The position numbers were made by a program, and so were the translations under genes. DNA of 20,000 nt from an uncultured virus (IMG/VR IMGVR_UViG_3300029288_000003) (Duplodnaviria > Heunggongvirae > Uroviricota > Caudoviricetes): the IMG/VR virus record IMGVR_UViG_3300029288_000003. The stretch is one strand, 5' to 3'. The notes beneath the pieces are model-generated. The model did not search any database, was not told the DNA's origin, and saw nothing but the letters and a program-made list of their open reading frames with translations. Position 1 is the first letter of the stretch. Each line of letters opens with the position of its first letter. This document shows, piece by piece, positions 14,496-20,000 of this stretch.

Positions 14496-15162
14496 ATTTT
14501 ACTCCTAACCCTAGAAAATAAAGTAATGAGAGACAACCAGCCAGCCATAACATACTACATGGGTCTGGCGGGGTCAAAACTGCTGAGATAGCAACAATAG
14601 TAAAGATAGCCTGACGCCAGTATCCCGCCCAATTGATAGGTAAAACAAGCATGACTAATGGCAATTGAAATCCAATACCAAAACAAATTGGTAAAAGAAC
14701 CGCAAAATTCAGCCATGCTGACACTTGTGGCTGAATATCTACGCCTAAAGTTTTATTATACCCAAGTAGAAAGTTCAATATTGGCTCAAAAACTTGCAAA
14801 GCTACAATGTTACCCAATACAAACAAGCAAAGACTAGCAGGCAGCCAGCGAATAAGCCGTCGTTCATGCGGGTATAGCCCCTCTGCAATGAATTTCCAGA
14901 CTTGATAGAATATCCAAGGACTTGCAATTATTGTACCGAGGGTTAAAGCCGCCCGTAAATACAAATCAAATGCTTCTGTGACCGTAAAACTTGTTAAATG
15001 CGTAGAAAAGCCATTAGCAGACAGGGCTTTGACAAGTGGTTGCTGTAGTAATTTAACAACGGGCGTTGCAATAACACAACCGACAACAATTCCGACTACC
15101 CATCCCAAGAGGGAGAGGATCAATCGTCGTCGTAGCTCAATAAGATGGTCCCAGAATGTCAA
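14452..15162 (-). CDS. tatC: Twin-arginine translocase subunit TatC
   Basis: MTFWDHLIELRRRLI, EAF..Y, PWIFYQVWKFIAEGLYPHERR, FGIGFQLP, WR.AI and AVLTPPDP..M...A...LY; multiple TM segments. Confidence 0.93.
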   Translation of the reverse strand: MTFWDHLIELRRRLILSLLGWVVGIVVGCVIATPVVKLLQQPLVKALSANGFSTHLTSFTVTEAFDLYLRAALTLGTIIASPWIFYQVWKFIAEGLYPHERRLIRWLPASLCLFVLGNIVALQVFEPILNFLLGYNKTLGVDIQPQVSAWLNFAVLLPICFGIGFQLPLVMLVLPINWAGYWRQAIFTIVAISAVLTPPDPCSMLWLAGCLSLLYFLGLGVKYVSSRKNRSTKTSR

Positions 15163-15392
15163 TGTCTGTACTCCACATGCTTAACATGCTTATAAAATTC
15201 GCTCCAACCTTGACTGTTGCGTACTTCATGCTTATCGTGTAATATCAATACTGCAACAATTGGCCATACCATAAGAGCGATTGGCGTTAGACACCATTCT
15301 GTTGGGTTGTAACATAACATCGCATCGACTTTTAAAGTAATCAATGCTCCTATAATCCAACTGACTAATAACACTAGACCCATTATTAACAT
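15159..15392 (-). CDS. Small membrane protein
   Basis: Two hydrophobic segments; ATGA coupling to tatC. Confidence 0.65.
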   Translation of the reverse strand: MLIMGLVLLVSWIIGALITLKVDAMLCYNPTEWCLTPIALMVWPIVAVLILHDKHEVRNSQGWSEFYKHVKHVEYRH

Positions 15393-15628
15393 TTATTTAT
15401 CTCCAAAAAAGAATCATTGACAGTGATAGGCCGTTCAATAAGTTTATAAATGGCGACAACAACATTTGTAGCGCCTACTTTAAGTAACCAACGAACATAC
15501 TCATCACAACCATCTTTAGTGGCTCGATATGCTGTATGTCGGCTCACGGTTCCCATTAAATCTCGCATTGACGATATACGATAAAGTAGTTCACTCGATT
15601 GATTTTCCAAAGATTGCTCCAATACCAT
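15386..15628 (-). CDS. Hypothetical protein (start uncertain)
   Basis: ORF in the gene train. Confidence 0.55.
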   Translation of the reverse strand: MVLEQSLENQSSELLYRISSMRDLMGTVSRHTAYRATKDGCDEYVRWLLKVGATNVVVAIYKLIERPITVNDSFLEINKC

Positions 15629-15809
15629 CTGAAAGTCCTAATATCGGTTGGTCCACATCGAATGTTACTACGGTGTCAACAGTCATCTTGCGACCAATTT
15701 TTTCTTCAAATTGATCCACCCGCCCGTGGTCATTGACCGTACAAATCAGTTTGTCACCCGGCTCTAAATTAACTGTGTGACTAAGTTTATTTCTAGTCCG
15801 TTCCTTCAT
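15591..15809 (-). CDS. Hypothetical protein
   Basis: AAGGA RBS. Confidence 0.7.
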   Translation of the reverse strand: MKERTRNKLSHTVNLEPGDKLICTVNDHGRVDQFEEKIGRKMTVDTVVTFDVDQPILGLSDGIGAIFGKSIE

Positions 15810-15863
15810 CGTATTCCTTCATCCTGTCTTTAATGTCACGAAGATTATTCATATTCAAAGCAA

Positions 15864-16073
15864 TTATGCCGATAAGTTCATCGAGCATACGTTCATTATC
15901 TGTTTAAAGGTCTCTAAGCCTTTTTCATGGGCAGCCATGAGTGTGGCATGAATACGTTTACCTTCTTCAATATTTGATATTAAGGCATCGTGAATAATCT
16001 TCAAAGATGCTCTATCATTTTTAATCACGCCACGACTAACAGCATCAACTAAAATTTCAAGTTCTCGGTCCAT
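15864..16073 (-). CDS. Hypothetical protein
   Basis: Abuts the upstream gene; AGGGG RBS. Confidence 0.65.
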   Translation of the reverse strand: MDRELEILVDAVSRGVIKNDRASLKIIHDALISNIEEGKRIHATLMAAHEKGLETFKQIMNVCSMNLSA

Positions 16074-16325
16074 TTATTCCCCTAATGATCCTGTATAAAC
16101 AACGGGTGATTCTTTGGTAGGAACCGCATCAATAAATCGAATAGCTTTCCAATGAGGCCAGCCATCATAGCCGCCAGACACATATACATACTCAATCGTT
16201 GCAAATTCAAGCCAGCGAATTGACTCTTCTCCACAATCATTGTATAACCAGCGTGGAACGAAAAGAAACTTTCGCGTTACTTTCATATCACCGCAACACG
16301 GACCTTTGCAAAAAATAATTCTCAT
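16074..16325 (-). CDS. Hypothetical phage protein
   Basis: ATGA coupling; KFLF.P...RWLE.A motif. Confidence 0.7.
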   Translation of the reverse strand: MRIIFCKGPCCGDMKVTRKFLFVPRWLYNDCGEESIRWLEFATIEYVYVSGGYDGWPHWKAIRFIDAVPTKESPVVYTGSLGE

Positions 16326-16702
16326 TTGACACCCTTAATAGTAGCATTATGATCTAGTAATTTTTGTTTGACCCATACTTCATCGGCATGATGCCAAGCA
16401 CCACATGAACAGGGTCCAATTAGCATATCGCAATGTTCATTGCAGGCGTTATAATGGTAGTCTAACCAGTCCTCTGGCCAAGCTAATAACCCATTATTTG
16501 CAACTTGTAATGTAGTTACATACTTAGGCCGTAGATGCTGCGCCCAAGCCTCTAAAATCGCTTCTGTAGGATCGTTCGCTTGAACAACAATATCATCAAA
16601 GTAACACCACCAATATCCAAGCCCAGCTTTATTACTTAATCGTATCTGACCTGGATAAGCACGAAGAGTTGCAATAGCTAATTCATCTTTAGTGACACTC
16701 AT
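16322..16702 (-). CDS. Hypothetical protein with C-terminal CNE.CDML.GPC.CGAWH motif
   Basis: ORF in the gene train; Cys/His cluster. Confidence 0.7.
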   Translation of the reverse strand: MSVTKDELAIATLRAYPGQIRLSNKAGLGYWWCYFDDIVVQANDPTEAILEAWAQHLRPKYVTTLQVANNGLLAWPEDWLDYHYNACNEHCDMLIGPCSCGAWHHADEVWVKQKLLDHNATIKGVK

Positions 16703-16862
16703 TTAAAAACCTTTCAATTTTTCGCTTTAACTCATCTTCTTCGGGGTAAAGATGGTCAGAACAATCATTTTTATCGACAAAAAGCAAAAGATTATAAACA
16801 ATAGTCGCCTCTTGTTGACTAAGAATTATAATCGGACTGCCATCAATATCGGTACTAGGCAT
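16689..16862 (-). CDS. Small hypothetical protein (57 aa)
   Basis: MPSTDIDGSPIIILSQQEA...; fills the gap in the gene train. Confidence 0.55.
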   Translation of the reverse strand: MPSTDIDGSPIIILSQQEATIVYNLLLFVDKNDCSDHLYPEEDELKRKIERFLNECH

Positions 16863-16864
16863 GA

Positions 16865-17101
16865 TTAGAAATCATTAAAGGTTTCATGGTGAGGGTCAAA
16901 ATGAATAAACGCCTCCCTCTCATAATGGCGGCGGGCCTCTGCTTCGGCATCTAATGCTTCTTCTTCGGCTCGTAACCAACCACGACGAAATTCATATTGT
17001 TGCTCATCTGTCAAATCATCAGGATATGAATAGCGACTGCGACCTTGTTCAAAGGCGCGTGCCCCAAGCTGACGAAAATCAGTATCATCATACCAACTCA
17101 T
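16865..17101 (-). CDS. Rmf-like small protein, paralogue 1
   Basis: GARAFEQGRSRYSYP.....Q..EFRRGWLRA; GGAGG RBS before ATG 17101. Confidence 0.6.
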   Translation of the reverse strand: MSWYDDTDFRQLGARAFEQGRSRYSYPDDLTDEQQYEFRRGWLRAEEEALDAEAEARRHYEREAFIHFDPHHETFNDF

Positions 17102-17303
17102 TGGCTGAACCTCCATAAAGCCTGCGGAAAAATTCATTCTTAGTGTGACGATATAATGCCGCATCTTGAGCAGCAATCCAGCCCCGTCGAAATTCATGTT
17201 GTTCTTCGACTGTAAATGCAGCCGGAGTGTCTGTCGGACCTAAACCATCTGCATAGGCTTCTTTGCCCATTTGATAAGGATTTCTTGTACTAAATTGACT
17301 CAT
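17088..17303 (-). CDS. Rmf-like small protein, paralogue 2
   Basis: GKEAYADG.....P.....EQHEFRRGWIAA; GAGG RBS before ATG 17303. Confidence 0.6.
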   Translation of the reverse strand: MSQFSTRNPYQMGKEAYADGLGPTDTPAAFTVEEQHEFRRGWIAAQDAALYRHTKNEFFRRLYGGSANELV

Positions 17304-17761
17304 TTTAAAGCCTCTTCTATTGACCAACCTAATTGACGCCGCGAACGAAATTTAACAGGATCGACACCAAAATATCGAGCCAAAGCGGTTTCAGACGGAA
17401 AGACTTGATCTTGATAACAAACACGATAACCGCATCCACTACCCTTTCGTCGAGCCGGTTTTGGTGGTTTTGCCCGACCAATTACTAGCTCATCAAGTTT
17501 TGTCGCAGACGTTTGTGCCACACGTCTAGTTAAGGTATTGAATGAAACCGAACAACGAGAATCACGAGTAACCCAATAGATATTCGGAAACCAAGTATCC
17601 CAACAGGAATACTTACAACCTTCAACAAGCGCCCCCTCGGCTTCCAGTATTTCTTTATGGTCGTGGGATAATTGATTTATTACCCAGTGCCCCTCAATGA
17701 TTCTAGCACCTAATGCTGTCATCAATGAATTAAATTTTGAATTACAAACAATAGTTATCAT
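17300..17761 (-). CDS. Hypothetical protein with C-terminal NUMOD/HTH-like DNA-binding repeat
   Basis: YQDQVFPSETALARYFGV.....RSRRQLGWSIEEAL. Confidence 0.65.
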   Translation of the reverse strand: MITIVCNSKFNSLMTALGARIIEGHWVINQLSHDHKEILEAEGALVEGCKYSCWDTWFPNIYWVTRDSRCSVSFNTLTRRVAQTSATKLDELVIGRAKPPKPARRKGSGCGYRVCYQDQVFPSETALARYFGVDPVKFRSRRQLGWSIEEALK

Positions 17762-18111
17762 AGATATAATACACCATATTCGTTGTTAGAAATGGAATAA
17801 TAGCAGCGATGAACGCCCCGCGCTCGCATTGCATTTTGACAGTTATAGCAAGGTCGAGCATTTGCTAAAGTTCCATTTCGTCGTATACGCACTACGTATA
17901 CATCGGCTCCACGATCTAATTTACGCACTAGACGAGCCTCTGCATGAGCTTGTGCATGAAGTTGACGACAAGGTACATTATTTGCTGTGACTGTTGTGCC
18001 ATCATTACGTATACCAACAGCCCCTAGACGGTAATGCCGTCGCACATTTTTTGCATCACCTTTAAGAGCGATACTTTGAGCTAAACGAAAATATCTATCA
18101 ACTTTGGCCAT
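17758..18111 (-). CDS. Zn-dependent cytidine/deoxycytidylate deaminase-family protein
   Basis: HAE and RPCYNC motifs; LGAVG strand. Confidence 0.85.
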   Translation of the reverse strand: MAKVDRYFRLAQSIALKGDAKNVRRHYRLGAVGIRNDGTTVTANNVPCRQLHAQAHAEARLVRKLDRGADVYVVRIRRNGTLANARPCYNCQNAMRARGVHRCYYSISNNEYGVLYL

Positions 18112-18364
18112 TAGTTATTGCATTATCTGCATGACAAGGTTCATCGTTGACTTTAATCTCTATCAATTTATCCCCTTTTGAAGAAACAATAATGATGGTA
18201 TCTATTAGTTTATGATCTTTTTCAAATGGAAATTCAAGTAATAGACCAGTCACGATGGCTTGAATTGTTTTGACTTTACGCTGTTTCTCATACACAACAA
18301 TAGCGTAGCTACCATTTAACAAACTTGGATCAGTGCCCGGAGGCGCTGTTGCTTTAATATTCAT
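18098..18364 (-). CDS. Hypothetical protein
   Basis: Start reassigned to ATG 18364 (ATGA coupling). Confidence 0.65.
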   Translation of the reverse strand: MNIKATAPPGTDPSLLNGSYAIVVYEKQRKVKTIQAIVTGLLLEFPFEKDHKLIDTIIIVSSKGDKLIEIKVNDEPCHADNAITNGQS

Positions 18365-18495
18365 ACAAGAAGTACCCCTAAAATAAATCCAACTACAATA
18401 CCCCACAACAATGGATGTACTGGAACTTGTACTGTCGGCGGCATTTTAAATTCAGTGTTAGTGGCGTATTTACTCCACCAGTCACTACTTCTCAT
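18361..18495 (-). CDS. Small C-terminally anchored membrane protein (44 aa)
   Basis: MRSSDWW...LLWGIVVGFILGVLLV; ATGA overlaps at both ends. Confidence 0.55.
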   Translation of the reverse strand: MRSSDWWSKYATNTEFKMPPTVQVPVHPLLWGIVVGFILGVLLV

Positions 18496-18935
18496 GGACA
18501 TAAAATAGCCTTTGCAATAGCGATGGCTTCATCAAGACAATATGCTCGAAAGCCGATAGCTTCCTTAATCATAGCGTGATCGTGCGGGTTGCCATCGTTC
18601 ATTACACAAATAATTGGAATATCGTTATCCCATGCCCAAGCAATCTCCATTACTGTACCAATGCTTACTTTATCCGCATCTTTCAGATTTACAAGCAAAA
18701 CGTCACAACGAATACAATCCCAATGATCCCGTGTCATAATTCCACGAGGGCAACTGATGGGGTGGTCATAATTATTACCTACGCTAGTTTCATTGGCAAG
18801 ATATTCCTTAGCTCGCATAGGGTCCAGCCCGACAATTCCGACTTCGGCTAATTTTTGTTTAGCATAGTTTCGCCAATTTGTACAACCACCATACGTGCAA
18901 CCAGTAATAGGGCCAGCAAGATAAACTGTACTCAT
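18492..18935 (-). CDS. Nucleoside 2-deoxyribosyltransferase / nucleotide N-glycosidase family protein
   Basis: VYLAGPI, P, RD...I..CDVLL and S.GT.MEI..A motifs. Confidence 0.85.
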   Translation of the reverse strand: MSTVYLAGPITGCTYGGCTNWRNYAKQKLAEVGIVGLDPMRAKEYLANETSVGNNYDHPISCPRGIMTRDHWDCIRCDVLLVNLKDADKVSIGTVMEIAWAWDNDIPIICVMNDGNPHDHAMIKEAIGFRAYCLDEAIAIAKAILCP

Positions 18936-19201
18936 TCTTTAATCCTTATTGTTTTCCGAATAATCTTATGAATGCCGGATTTTGGATAAGTCCCTACTAC
19001 TCTAAAGTTATCTTCTCCGGTTATATTACCTTCAAACCAATCCATTGCCAATGTAATAGATTTCTTATCCTCATGTACAATATGCCCCACAGCGACACCA
19101 GGAACTAAACATGCCCTATTAGACCATTCAGTTCTTGTCATGCAGTCGCTACCATGAATGGCAGCATCAGTCCAATAAATAGCCGCGAGTTTTATTTTCA
19201 T
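18932..19201 (-). CDS. Hypothetical phage protein
   Basis: W.DA...VG.IV.E....I.LA pattern; ATGA coupling. Confidence 0.7.
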   Translation of the reverse strand: MKIKLAAIYWTDAAIHGSDCMTRTEWSNRACLVPGVAVGHIVHEDKKSITLAMDWFEGNITGEDNFRVVGTYPKSGIHKIIRKTIRIKE

Positions 19202-19278
19202 ACGCCGCTGTATGTTTCAACAAAAATATAGATCAATCCTAAAAATATCAAAATGACAATAAACCCACCGTCAATCAT
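19198..19278 (-). CDS. 26-aa hydrophobic peptide
   Basis: MIDGGFIVILIFLGLIYIFVETYSGV; GGAGGAG RBS; ATGA coupling. Confidence 0.5.
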   Translation of the reverse strand: MIDGGFIVILIFLGLIYIFVETYSGV

Positions 19279-19438
19279 CACAACTCCTCCCTGAATATTC
19301 TTCACATTCGATTTGAATATCGTCCTCAAATTCTGGTTCAAACTCATCAATCAACGCTTCTTTTAGTCGTTCGACTAAATCAAATACATCAGTTCCCGCT
19401 GGAATGCCATGTAATTGAACCCTAAAACTAGCGTACAT
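19271..19438 (-). CDS. Small acidic hypothetical protein (55 aa)
   Basis: MYASFRVQLHGIPAG...; GGAG RBS. Confidence 0.55.
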   Translation of the reverse strand: MYASFRVQLHGIPAGTDVFDLVERLKEALIDEFEPEFEDDIQIECEEYSGRSCDD

Positions 19439-19700
19439 TCTGCTCTCCACAACAGGGGGTTATAGGACCAAATAGCTTAAAACGAGCCGGGTCATAGCTT
19501 CCACCAGCCAGATGCGCTGTTTGAATATCTAATTCTGACAGCAATTTTAATGCCAAATTCAGTTTATGGTCCTCTGGAAGTTCAGTATTACCGGCTTGGT
19601 CTGTAAAATAAATGCCCGCCAACTGCAATGCACGAGCCGCCTCCCGAATGTATCGGTTAGCCACGGCCCTTGGGTCTGTGTTACATCTGCAACATGACAT
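19428..19700 (-). CDS. Hypothetical protein
   Basis: AGGAG RBS. Confidence 0.7.
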   Translation of the reverse strand: MSCCRCNTDPRAVANRYIREAARALQLAGIYFTDQAGNTELPEDHKLNLALKLLSELDIQTAHLAGGSYDPARFKLFGPITPCCGEQNVR

Positions 19701-19703
19701 AGA

Positions 19704-20000
19704 TTATTCTCCTACAATGGCTTGCTCTATGGTTGTAATTGGCTTACGAACCCGCTGGTCCTTTACCGCCTCTTCGGGAATAACACCCTTGTTAAGTTTC
19801 TTCAACAGAACACTATACCCCACCTTACATCGAGAGTCAAGCGCCAAATCCTTAATTGAGGCAAAATTCTGGCCCCAACACACCAATGACTTGCAAATTC
19901 GGGTTGGCGGACTCTTTTTAACAGCCTCATCTGGGTTAATACCCTTCGATAGCCGCTGAACAAGAGTCTGATAAGATACCTCACAACGGGGGTCTTGTGT
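19704..20000 (-). CDS. Protein with tandem NUMOD/HTH-like repeats; 5' end outside the window
   Basis: Frame is open from the window end: DPRCEVSYQTLVQRLSKGINPDEAV...CWGQNFASIKDLALDSRCKVGYSVLLKKLNKGVIPEEAV. Confidence 0.7.
   Translation of the reverse strand, partial: TQDPRCEVSYQTLVQRLSKGINPDEAVKKSPPTRICKSLVCWGQNFASIKDLALDSRCKVGYSVLLKKLNKGVIPEEAVKDQRVRKPITTIEQAIVGE

Noticed and set aside
15159..15392. tatA/tatB candidate upstream of tatC
   Set aside because: It has two hydrophobic segments and lacks the FG hinge plus amphipathic helix
1..20000. Stop-codon reassignment as the cause of the short ORFs
   Set aside because: TAA, TAG and TGA all end genes that are followed by coupled starts, and the conserved enzymes are intact in the standard code

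Overview
This window looks like part of a large dsDNA phage genome: dense, short, translationally coupled ORFs and no structural genes. The host may be a planctomycete, a weak inference from the TatC sequence. It has three parts. (1) 1-10490 is a + strand early/accessory region of small paralogous gene families, two putative amidoligases, an ABC-type ATPase and a stand-alone AP2-domain protein. It is driven by near-consensus sigma70-type promoters that all have a 16-bp spacer, and it contains a 1.5-kb ORF-poor island (4063-5553) with several candidate structured RNAs. (2) 10491-11856 is a non-coding convergence zone with an AT-rich tract and an alternating inverted-repeat cassette. (3) 11840-20000 is a - strand, visibly more AT-rich gene train encoding a cyclophilin, a SemiSWEET/PQ-loop-like protein, a receiver-like protein, TatC, two Rmf-like paralogues, a deaminase and an NDT-family protein. 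The motif (C)GATTGTCGGGGTCA recurs about 11 times, only in intergenic DNA. All calls come from manual reading, and no database searches were run.
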